This document shows, piece by piece, positions 6,700 to 15,498 of a stretch of DNA of 64,000 bases; position 1 is the first letter of the stretch, and each line of letters starts with the position of its first letter. A model generated the notes under the pieces. It saw only the letters and a list, made by a program, of their open reading frames with translations. It did not search any database and was not told the origin of the DNA. The stretch spans positions 186,001 through 250,000 of IMG/VR virus record IMGVR_UViG_3300050120_000152. One strand, 5' to 3'. The translations under genes were made by a program, and so were the position numbers.

Positions 6700-6887
6700 T
6701 AGCTGAACGTACCATGAACAGGCTGGGCTATCGTTCAGCTAGGGTACAGGTAGGGTGTGGTATGCTATACATGCTGAGACAAGTTTAAGTTTTTAATCAA
6801 TTACTTTTTTTATTTAATACAATAGCCCCCTATACCCTAGGCTGAGCCTGAACGTATATCAAATCAATATAAAAATTTTTTTATATT
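6700..6887. repeat. nested inverted repeats around an AT-rich tract
   Basis: tagctgaacg 6700-09 / cgttcagcta 6732-41; taccctag..ctgaacg 6833-54 mirrors 6732-46; aatataaaaa/tttttatatt 6866-87. Confidence 0.75.
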
Positions 6888-6956
6888 TTTATTTCTAGTA
6901 AATAAGTTTTTCATTAATATTATTGTTTACTAAATAGTAGATAATGGTATATAAAT

Positions 6957-7574
6957 ATGAAACATAAAGTAATACATAATTGCAAATGTGGAGAAACTGA
7001 CTCTACCAAATTCTACAAATATAGAACATATGAATGTAAAACTTGTATAAGTAGAAAAAATAAAGATAATTCCAATTCTCGTAGACGATGTAGTTGTGGT
7101 GAATGCGATCCATTAATGTTTTATAAACGAAGATGTAGTAAGTGTAAGAAATGTACTCGTGAAGATAGAAAACAAGAATATAAAAATATAATGTCTGATG
7201 ATGCAAAGCGGCTAACCAAAATAGAATATAATATAGCTTATCAAAAAGCTAATATATTCAAATATAGATTAACATCAGCAAAACGAAGAGCCATGGATTG
7301 GGACAGAGAATTTGATCTTGACGAAAATTATTTAAAGGAATTATTTAAATACCAAAATGGTTGTTGTTGTTATAGTGGAATACCCTTTGATATAGATGAC
7401 AAGAATTTTACATGGTCTATAGATAGAGTAAATAGCGTCAAAGGTTATACTAAAGACAATGTAGTGTTGTGTACTAATATAATGAATATTATGAAAGGTA
7501 GTCTAACTATAGAAGAATTTTTGACTATTAGTAAAAAATTTATAGAATATCAAAATCATATTACAGGCTTTTAG
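6957..7574 (+). CDS. HNH-like homing endonuclease with N-terminal Cys clusters
   Basis: CxC/CxxC repeats; SIDRVNSVKGYTKDNVVLCTNIMNIMKG nuclease motif. Confidence 0.8.
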   Translation: MKHKVIHNCKCGETDSTKFYKYRTYECKTCISRKNKDNSNSRRRCSCGECDPLMFYKRRCSKCKKCTREDRKQEYKNIMSDDAKRLTKIEYNIAYQKANIFKYRLTSAKRRAMDWDREFDLDENYLKELFKYQNGCCCYSGIPFDIDDKNFTWSIDRVNSVKGYTKDNVVLCTNIMNIMKGSLTIEEFLTISKKFIEYQNHITGF

Positions 7575-7694
7575 GCTAATAAAATTTTTTCTGGACAATT
7601 TTTTAGTGTTCGGTTATGATGTATTGACATGACCCTAAAAAATTTTTGGAAAATTAATGTATCTTAAAAGAGAAGATGTATATAAAACTAGTGC

Positions 7695-7712
7695 TGAGAC
7701 AAATTTGTCTCA
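7695..7712. repeat. 18-bp perfect palindrome
   Basis: tgagacaaa|tttgtctca. Confidence 0.9.
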
Positions 7713-7846
7713 ACTGTATACAAAGATTAAAGAATGCGAACAATATTAGAGAAGAATTGTCCCATAGACATATGAACTGGTTGACTAATTGAATTGTAAT
7801 CTGCTACACTTTTGGGGACTATAACTGTTTGGTGAGGAAGATGCCC

Positions 7847-8365
7847 ATGTTTGATTGGTTCAAGAAAGATGATAAGACGAAAGAGTCTAATAAGATAGTC
7901 GTTCCAAAAACATTGCAAGCGAATCAATATTTGGGTAATTATGTTGTAGCAGAATCCCGAGAAATGAGTACGATTATTTATGAGGGCGATGTACAAACAT
8001 GGTTAAAGAGTGGAACCCTGAATGAATTTTTTTATTGTCACGCTAGAATGATGAAAAATATGATCGGTGATTCTTATATTAAAGCATCCGATTCGTGTAT
8101 ATTATTTAATATGCATGATACTAAGGGTAAATCGCAAATGTTCAGATGGAATGCTACTCCATCAGCCGTAACGGGTAATTTATCGTGGTATAATGATATG
8201 CTCGCTCGCGTGGAGGATTTATCAGGTTTACCTATTGAAGAATTTACTCATGGAACCTTTCATTATTTGTCTGATCTGGAAATGAAAGAATTTTTGAATA
8301 AAAATTACGGTTCAACTACATCCGTGTTGTTTAATATGCCTTATGTAGGTATAACATATTTTTAA
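7847..8365 (+). CDS. 'IEEFT' paralogue family member 1
   Basis: WYNDMLARVEDLSGLPIEEFTHGTFHYL; ATG start after GAGGA. Confidence 0.8.
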   Translation: MFDWFKKDDKTKESNKIVVPKTLQANQYLGNYVVAESREMSTIIYEGDVQTWLKSGTLNEFFYCHARMMKNMIGDSYIKASDSCILFNMHDTKGKSQMFRWNATPSAVTGNLSWYNDMLARVEDLSGLPIEEFTHGTFHYLSDLEMKEFLNKNYGSTTSVLFNMPYVGITYF

Positions 8366-8378
8366 TGGTAGAAGAAGC

Positions 8379-8876
8379 ATGACATTACTAGATGATGACA
8401 GTATAGCACACAAGTACACAGAAACCTTGAAATTTTATAAGATTTACAATCGGATTGAAAAAATATTCAATCGGTTGAATTATAGTGATTTCACATTTTC
8501 CGATGCTTTTTCTTATAGTAAGATAAAGCGATCCATCATGAATTATCCTATGACACCTGATCTTAGACATGATTTTTCTTATGTGAGCAGAGATGGCAAT
8601 CATTATGGAATATCTTTTATTATTCAGGTAAGAGAAAATGAACATGCTAAAATGATGATGAGAGATACTTTAAATTTAAATATCAATAATGATCATGTTG
8701 CACTTATGATGGATGATAAGCATGGAGAAGCGGAGCATCTTATTAATTTATTGTTTCGATTTATTGAAAATATGACAGAAGTAACTATTGAAGAGTATTC
8801 AGAAGGTAGTTTGACCTACATGGATGATAGTAGATACAATGGGATATTTTTTGATGAAAGGTTTAGTGAATTATGA
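8379..8876 (+). CDS. 'IEEFT' family member 2
   Basis: FIENMTEVTIEEYSEGSLTYM; N-terminal LKFYKIYNRIEKIF. Confidence 0.8.
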   Translation: MTLLDDDSIAHKYTETLKFYKIYNRIEKIFNRLNYSDFTFSDAFSYSKIKRSIMNYPMTPDLRHDFSYVSRDGNHYGISFIIQVRENEHAKMMMRDTLNLNINNDHVALMMDDKHGEAEHLINLLFRFIENMTEVTIEEYSEGSLTYMDDSRYNGIFFDERFSEL

Positions 8877-8941
8877 CAGATGAAGGCATTACCATTGAAG
8901 AATTTATTAATTATACTATTAATTATAAGGATAAGAAATGA
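8873..8941 (+). pseudogene. relic of the family C-terminal motif
   Basis: 22-aa ORF MTDEGITIEEFINYTINYKDKK*. Confidence 0.3.
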
Positions 8942-9250
8942 AAGTTAAAATAACACACCAACAATTATTGGAATTACTGAGTATCGGCTTACGTAATCGT
9001 GGACTCACGGGAATCGAAATGTCTGATATGAAAGTTAGTTCTTTTTGTTTTATAAAAGGTGATTGGGATGATAGTGTAGAATTAACAATAATTCCGTACA
9101 ATGCTTGGGATAAGTAATATTTATTCGATTAAATTTTGTGAAGGACAACACCGTGGATTGTGATTTCACACAATAAAAACTGCCTAGTAAGATGGCGTTT
9201 TATATGTTAGACTTCTGGGATGGTTGAGAATATAGATTGGAAATATTTGT

Positions 9251-9646
9251 ATGTATGAAGACGAAATTAAATCAAATAACATGGATTTGGATTACATCAT
9301 TGCTAATCCAGAGCGAGCATATGAAGTAAGTTTTACTCATACATTAAGCAAAGATCTTTATATCAATGCGCTTAACTTTGAAGTTCAAATTAGCCAACGT
9401 GGCACTTACACACGTACTCCCTCGTTATCCATTACTGCGCTTCCAGCCGTCAAACGGCCGCTTTCAAACCAAAAATGTAACTATATCTTGTATGGTTTTA
9501 GTGAAGATATTATTAACTATAATGGCGGCATTATTAATTATCCAGGCCCAGAGAAATATAATAAGCTATTATCTATTGTTGAAGATATTACGGGAATTCC
9601 TATTGAGGAATATACTAAATATGCTTTTACCTATCACCCGGAATAA
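9251..9646 (+). CDS. 'IEEFT' family member 3 (family N-terminus absent)
   Basis: KYNKLLSIVEDITGIPIEEYTKYAFTY. Confidence 0.75.
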   Translation: MYEDEIKSNNMDLDYIIANPERAYEVSFTHTLSKDLYINALNFEVQISQRGTYTRTPSLSITALPAVKRPLSNQKCNYILYGFSEDIINYNGGIINYPGPEKYNKLLSIVEDITGIPIEEYTKYAFTYHPE

Positions 9647-9677
9647 TTTTTCTTTGTTTATTGCGATATTACTTATC

Positions 9678-10134
9678 ATGTCACTTAAATATAAAGAACC
9701 GTTAGAATTTTATAAAATGTACAATCGGATTGAGCGAGTATTGAGTTATGATTCAAAATTATATAGACCTTGAGTTTATGCTAGATCATCCCTGCGATAT
9801 CTACACGATTAATTTTTGTGTGGGTCGATCCGCTGGATATCTCATCAATAATATTACTCTGGAAGCCACCCCGCGTAAAGCACCTGTTTTTGGTGGGGTG
9901 CCATTCTTTGTTAATGTGTTACCACGTATTATTTTTATGGCTCTTGATATCTCAAAGAATGGTTCAAAGCATGTGGCAGGTATAATGACCCCTACAATAG
10001 AATATACATTAATGCAAGCTACTCACCCTTTGATCGGTGTAATCAAATATAATAAATTACTTTCTATTGTAGAAGATGCATTGGATGTATCTATAGAAGA
10101 ATTTACGCAAGGTGTATTTCATTATTTGGAGTAG
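9678..10134 (+). pseudogene. 'IEEFT' family member 4, split by a frameshift near 9750
   Basis: 9678..9773 encodes the family N-terminus (LEFYKMYNRIERV); 9748..10134 in the +1 frame encodes the rest (KYNKLLSIVEDALDVSIEEFTQGVFHYL). Confidence 0.6.
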
Positions 10135-10166
10135 GATTTTTTATTATCCTTATAGTATTATTAGGA

Positions 10167-11258
10167 TTATTGTTGTGCTTGTTGTTGCTTATGAATAGCA
10201 TCAAGAATTTTTCTAGTAGTTTTTTCTGCTTTATTAATTTCATTGATATCTGTAGCATCACCATATTTCTCAAAGCCGCTGGGCAAGCGATTTGCCTGCC
10301 GAAGGAACTCACTCAATGAACCTCTAATATAAATGCTGTACTTCAACAATTCTTCTTCGGGTTTAGTTAATAAATGCTTTATTAATTTTAAAGAATCCAT
10401 AACTAAACCAATATGATATCGAATATAAGAGGCATAGCAGTCTTTTTGTTTTTGCTTCAATTTTTCTATAGTTGCAGCATCCACGGCTTTGGGTAATTTT
10501 TCATCGTCTAAAGTCTTACCAATTTCTAAAAATGAATGATATGCTGCATTATCATTAACATGTTTATTTAATAACTCTTTAACAAACTCTGCTAATTTAG
10601 TATATACTGATGTATCTCGGGTTGATTGCACTTTTTCATGTTCACTAGCATCAAGAACGATATGCCATAATTCATTTTCGGATATACCTAATTCACTAGC
10701 CAATTCCATACGAGAAATTGTATTATCTCTTTCATCGAAACATTCAGTGTTTACATAATCGGCGTTACCTTTACCAATAGCAACTGCAAAACGTGTTCCA
10801 TGAGATTTATTAATAAAATAGATAAGAGTAATTCCGCGATCAAAATAGCTGTCGAAATAATTATCTGACTTAGTAGCTGCTGTACACCATTCAGTTCCCT
10901 TACCGTAGAAGCATGAGGCTCCTTTACTTAATGGAATAAGTGCTATCCAATCTCCAAATACTTTTAAAGTGATCGAATTACTTTTAACATCTTTCTTGGT
11001 TTGTTTTCCTGATGGGGTTATTTCTAATTGACGAACGAACTTATGAAGTTCTTCGAAGGGTTTTTTCATCCATTGGGTTATATCTTTATATTCTGGTTTG
11101 ATTCTGTTAGCGTTTAGTAATTGTTTAAATTTATTTAAGGTTTCATCAACGGTTACATCATCATTATCTTTAGAAAAGAGATTTTGAGCATCTTTAAAGG
11201 ATTCTGTTATGCTATAGGTTTCCACTAGATAATTAATAAAAGAGTAGGATAGTTTCAT
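10167..11258 (-). CDS. putative virion-packaged protein with ASCFYGKGTEWCT motif (PcfJ-like region)
   Basis: Motif common in jumbo-phage proteins; N-terminal LVE/ITE candidate maturation sites; TAAATA upstream. Confidence 0.6.
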   Translation of the reverse strand: MKLSYSFINYLVETYSITESFKDAQNLFSKDNDDVTVDETLNKFKQLLNANRIKPEYKDITQWMKKPFEELHKFVRQLEITPSGKQTKKDVKSNSITLKVFGDWIALIPLSKGASCFYGKGTEWCTAATKSDNYFDSYFDRGITLIYFINKSHGTRFAVAIGKGNADYVNTECFDERDNTISRMELASELGISENELWHIVLDASEHEKVQSTRDTSVYTKLAEFVKELLNKHVNDNAAYHSFLEIGKTLDDEKLPKAVDAATIEKLKQKQKDCYASYIRYHIGLVMDSLKLIKHLLTKPEEELLKYSIYIRGSLSEFLRQANRLPSGFEKYGDATDINEINKAEKTTRKILDAIHKQQQAQQ

Positions 11259-11447
11259 GGTATAATCGTGTTTACTATATTTAGATTTAATACTATATCA
11301 AGATGGTATATAATATAGGTAAGTTATGCTATGATATCTAATTGACTTAAGGAAAAATCGTTTAAATTCAGAAATTGTAACAAATACCATGCTTAGGTAT
11401 AGAGCTGAAAATAAAATTCTAAATAATAGACAACTGATGATCTATTT

Positions 11448-11801
11448 ATGACCGTATTATATCCCCTACAAGTAATTTTTTATAATAATTCTCTACAGGC
11501 TCCGTCTGAAGTTTCGATATCCCTACCCAATACTGTAGTAAATTCTTTTGTAATAGTTGCATGGGGTGATGGAACATCATCTAAAGTATATGGTGGTGTT
11601 GGCAACCGTATAGCACATTCCTACGGAAATCCTTCTCAACGTGCTGGATATACAGTAAGTGTTACGGGCGATGCGTCAACAGTAAGTTTTTATGATGCAA
11701 GCGGGGATCGTGCTACAGGTCAAATGGTGGGTTGGGGTAGTTATAATGTATCTAAAGTCATTATGCCTAATAATACGATAGTGACCACTCCCATCTCTTA
11801 A
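11448..11801 (+). CDS. stand-alone PKD-like domain protein
   Basis: AWGDG...HSYG...YTVSVTGD...WGSYNV matches the PKD-like module in 29278..30870 and 46641..48797. Confidence 0.7.
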   Translation: MTVLYPLQVIFYNNSLQAPSEVSISLPNTVVNSFVIVAWGDGTSSKVYGGVGNRIAHSYGNPSQRAGYTVSVTGDASTVSFYDASGDRATGQMVGWGSYNVSKVIMPNNTIVTTPIS

Positions 11802-11834
11802 TACTTCCACATTTATCATTCATGTGATAGAATC

Positions 11835-12401
11835 ATGCCTAATCTTATTAAGGTATGGAATATTAGAATGAAACATTCTCAAATAGATAGTCAATCTAAA
11901 TTAGATAAAATTATAAAATCCCAAGAATATATTAAACACATTGAGTATGTGTCTGAAATTTATGGTAAAATCCATAATATATTTGAGAAACAGTCATCAA
12001 AGATATTAATAGAATATAATACACCTATTGATTCTATGGTTGTTGTATTAAATCAGATGCCAATTTATAAAGATGATATAGAATGGTTTAACAATTCATT
12101 AGAATTCATTGAAAATCAATTGAACATATCCATTGAAGATTTTACACATGGTAGTTTTCACTATGTAAATGAAAATGACGAATCAAAATTGCTTAGTAGA
12201 TATACGGCATCCGATATCATGGCTCAAATGGAGACGTTTGTTGGTTATTCTAAAATGCTTAGTAAGCAATATTTTATGGATTACTATTTAAATACACCTA
12301 TTGATTTCATAGATTATTCAGATCAGTATGAAAAATTTTGTAAAGAACAACATGATATAGACGTTATCGATAAAGTTATTAAACAAGTGAATGACTTATA
12401 A
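11835..12401 (+). CDS. 'IEEFT' family member 5
   Basis: FIENQLNISIEDFTHGSFHYV; N-terminal IYGKIHNIF. Confidence 0.8.
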   Translation: MPNLIKVWNIRMKHSQIDSQSKLDKIIKSQEYIKHIEYVSEIYGKIHNIFEKQSSKILIEYNTPIDSMVVVLNQMPIYKDDIEWFNNSLEFIENQLNISIEDFTHGSFHYVNENDESKLLSRYTASDIMAQMETFVGYSKMLSKQYFMDYYLNTPIDFIDYSDQYEKFCKEQHDIDVIDKVIKQVNDL

Positions 12402-12808
12402 TGAAATATTATTTCGACAAAGAAATAGGTGAGCAATTATTAAAAATCTCATCAGAAATACGACAAATATATTTCACTGAAAATGGATATACATCGCCTC
12501 GTCCATTGGGATCGGTTGAGGGATACATTGAAGATTCTAAACATGCTTTTATAAATTTTATTATGTTGGATGATAGTGTTTATTGTCTAGACAATTTAAT
12601 GTATAATATCTATGATATAGAAATATATAACACTATTCTTACTTTAGTAGAAGAGTTGTTGCAAATTTCAATAGAAGAATTTACTAATAATAGATTTACA
12701 TATTTAACTATTGATAATGTAAATGATATGCTTAATGATTGTAATGAACAATACACCTTTTATGCACCATATATCCCTTTACACCGCGCCCGGCAACTTT
12801 TACAGTAA
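12401..12808 (+). CDS. 'IEEFT' family member 6
   Basis: YNTILTLVEELLQISIEEFTNNRFTYL. Confidence 0.8.
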   Translation: MKYYFDKEIGEQLLKISSEIRQIYFTENGYTSPRPLGSVEGYIEDSKHAFINFIMLDDSVYCLDNLMYNIYDIEIYNTILTLVEELLQISIEEFTNNRFTYLTIDNVNDMLNDCNEQYTFYAPYIPLHRARQLLQ

Positions 12809-12836
12809 TAGATATCTAATTCAAATAGGCGACATT

Positions 12837-13265
12837 ATGAATTTTGTAACAGAAATATTGAATAAATTATATGAAACCTATGAGACATGTGATATCGAAA
12901 TATTACATAGTAAAGGTATAAAAAGATTTCATACTTCAAACTGGCGCGCTGATATGCGAGAATCAAAAGTTTCTGAGTTGCAGATGGAAATATTATCATT
13001 TAAATATTTGCCAGAAGAAAAGTTGAATATATTCATAAGATTAAAGTCAAACTCAATAAAATTTTGGATAAAATCTGGTAAAAAAATTACAGAACACCGA
13101 CTCGATGAATATGATATGAGTTTTAGTTCTTATTATAATCAATTAATTGAAATAGTAGAAAATATAATACAAGAACCTGTGGAAGAATTCACCGATAAAA
13201 ATATAAAATTTATAGAACCGCCGAAGTTTAAACCTGATAGACTTTCGCGACAAGAATATGAATAG
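12837..13265 (+). CDS. 'IEEFT' family member 7
   Basis: YNQLIEIVENIIQEPVEEFTDKNIKFI; start chosen after the upstream stop. Confidence 0.75.
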   Translation: MNFVTEILNKLYETYETCDIEILHSKGIKRFHTSNWRADMRESKVSELQMEILSFKYLPEEKLNIFIRLKSNSIKFWIKSGKKITEHRLDEYDMSFSSYYNQLIEIVENIIQEPVEEFTDKNIKFIEPPKFKPDRLSRQEYE

Positions 13266-13800
13266 ACCCAGAACAAATACACCATTGGAGCGCTATATCG
13301 ATATATTCGACAGAACTAAATCAACCGTTAATGGAATTGATTTTATCAAACAGTATTCTATGGATAAAGAAGATAGGTATAATCGTCTATCTTATTTTAT
13401 AAACATTACTGCTTATTTACATGGCGGTGAAAGTGATACCCTAGTTGTTAAATTCAATAAAAATAAAATAATGGTATGGTTAACATCTAATATTTACTCA
13501 GTAATAACTCAAGAACCTTATAGTTATGCGTTATTTGCCCAAGATTATCAAAATTTAATAACCTTAGTGGAAGATTTGTCAAAAACCTCGGTTGAAGAAT
13601 TTTCATATGATAAAATTACTTACCTAACAGATAAAGAATTGGAAGAATATGTTGCAATTTTTAAAGCAGATATAAATGACCAAATAGAATATAGTTTGTC
13701 TAATATGTTAGTAAAAGAAATAAATAATAATATGATTGATGACATATTCGCATCAATGTCTAAAAAACCATCAAAATATAATAGCGCTACCAATTTCTAA
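13258..13800 (+). CDS. 'IEEFT' family member 8
   Basis: YQNLITLVEDLSKTSVEEFSYDKITYL. Confidence 0.8.
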   Translation: MNRPRTNTPLERYIDIFDRTKSTVNGIDFIKQYSMDKEDRYNRLSYFINITAYLHGGESDTLVVKFNKNKIMVWLTSNIYSVITQEPYSYALFAQDYQNLITLVEDLSKTSVEEFSYDKITYLTDKELEEYVAIFKADINDQIEYSLSNMLVKEINNNMIDDIFASMSKKPSKYNSATNF

Positions 13801-13875
13801 CATGAATAGCAGCGTGTCATCCTGTTGTCTTTTATTCCTATGTAGTATAAACTGTTGGCTCAATAGAACTATTTT

Positions 13876-14238
13876 ATGAATATAAAAATATTAAACATGT
13901 CTGCTCCTTTCATGGTTATGGAAGATGTGATATTCAATCCTCGTAATACCCACCACTATGATACTATTAGTTATAATTATATTGACAAAAAATTAGAATT
14001 TATGGTGGATATTATTTCTAATAATATCCATGTCGATACTTTAATAATTTTATTGCATAATGATAAAATTAAAGTATCTATGTTATCCAAGTATGCAGAT
14101 TATATAGTGATGACCTCCGATAATTTTAAATATCAATCCTATATTAGACGATTGACGAAAATCATTGAAGAACAGACGGGAAAATCATTAACGGATTTTA
14201 CCACATCTATCAATGTTTCAATGATGCCGCCTTTATGA
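13876..14238 (+). CDS. 'IEEFT' family member 9 (divergent)
   Basis: YIRRLTKIIEEQTGKSLTDFT. Confidence 0.7.
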   Translation: MNIKILNMSAPFMVMEDVIFNPRNTHHYDTISYNYIDKKLEFMVDIISNNIHVDTLIILLHNDKIKVSMLSKYADYIVMTSDNFKYQSYIRRLTKIIEEQTGKSLTDFTTSINVSMMPPL

Positions 14239-14618
14239 TTAATCTTGTTGACGAATTAGAAGCATACATAAATTCTATAAAAAATATGTCTGCTGAAGAA
14301 CTAAAAAAATCTAATTTAGATATTGTATTTGGTAAATTATTATATTCTACTGCCGATACTGTTGTACTAGTTAATACCATAGAAATACATGAACTAAACC
14401 TTAGATTAATATTAAACATAAGCGGAGTCCCAACAGTCATTCTACGAGACGGACACTTAAACTTTAGTTGTTCTGATAAAGATTTAGATAAATTAGTTTT
14501 TATAATTGACGATATTTACGCCATATGCGAAAATGTTACGGAAGTTAGTATTGCCGATATAACTAATGATATGTTTGACTATCGTAGTTTATCACATCTC
14601 ACATTTAATGTAGGATAA
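14235..14618 (+). CDS. 'IEEFT' family member 10 (divergent)
   Basis: IYAICENVTEVSIADITNDMFDY. Confidence 0.65.
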   Translation: MINLVDELEAYINSIKNMSAEELKKSNLDIVFGKLLYSTADTVVLVNTIEIHELNLRLILNISGVPTVILRDGHLNFSCSDKDLDKLVFIIDDIYAICENVTEVSIADITNDMFDYRSLSHLTFNVG

Positions 14619-14699
14619 CAGACTAAAAAATTGGCCCTAAATAATAGAACATGATAGAATACACCATGACACGCGCTGGGAAGACATATAGTTCGATAT

Positions 14700-15446
14700 A
14701 TGAAAATTATAGAACGCATAAAACAGAGACTAAAAATGATTACCGATAAGAAAACGTTCAGAGATACCATGTATGATTACGCAAATATCAATGAATATTA
14801 TTCATTTTTCGGCAATGTCATCTACATATCAACCGATTATTTAGAATCTAATGACTATTTTATTATTCTAAAAAATTACAACAAGTTTGCCCTTGTGACC
14901 ATTTCCAAGGAAAATTTATTAAGATTTAGAAATTTTCAAAATAGAGATAACTTGATCGCAGAATTAGAAGCCTTGGCACCTACAATTCAATATGTTGAAG
15001 GTTATAATAACTTTATTCCAAAGATAGGATGGTATCTGCAAAATACTTATTTCAACAATCATTCTCGTAATGAATTGATATCATTAAAAAACAGCTCATT
15101 TGTATCGTGGAACTTGGTTAACGTTGAAAATTTGGTCAATTTCCATAGAAAAAATAAGACGGTTTCAACAAAACAGTTCTTACATGAAACTAGACAATTG
15201 AATCCTGAAATTTATACATCATTAGTCACTGTGGTCAATATATATAACTCACAATTTACGTTAACCTTTGATTGGGTAGCTGGCAATCCATTTTTTGAGT
15301 TAAGTATTTACCACTTCAATTATAAAATGGTTAAACGATTATATCTTTATGATCTTATGGAATTGAGTGATTTATTTGCTATCATGACAAACAATGATGA
15401 TTATCAATCTTTACAAGCTATTGACGCCTTCAAAGCTGCTGCTTGA
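14700..15446 (+). CDS. hypothetical protein
   Basis: 248-aa ORF; no recognised motif. Confidence 0.75.
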   Translation: MKIIERIKQRLKMITDKKTFRDTMYDYANINEYYSFFGNVIYISTDYLESNDYFIILKNYNKFALVTISKENLLRFRNFQNRDNLIAELEALAPTIQYVEGYNNFIPKIGWYLQNTYFNNHSRNELISLKNSSFVSWNLVNVENLVNFHRKNKTVSTKQFLHETRQLNPEIYTSLVTVVNIYNSQFTLTFDWVAGNPFFELSIYHFNYKMVKRLYLYDLMELSDLFAIMTNNDDYQSLQAIDAFKAAA

Positions 15447-15471
15447 TTAACTGAGTTACATCCTTTATACT
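15443..15471 (+). promoter_or_regulatory. sigma70-type promoter
   Basis: TTGATT-17-TATACT; the -35 contains the upstream stop. Confidence 0.6.
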
Positions 15472-15498
15472 TATACACTTACTTAAGAGAGATACTGA

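Noticed and set aside
9366-9677. 5' part of track ORF 9366..9773
   Set aside because: It overlaps member 3 out of frame; only the part from ATG 9678 shows family homology.
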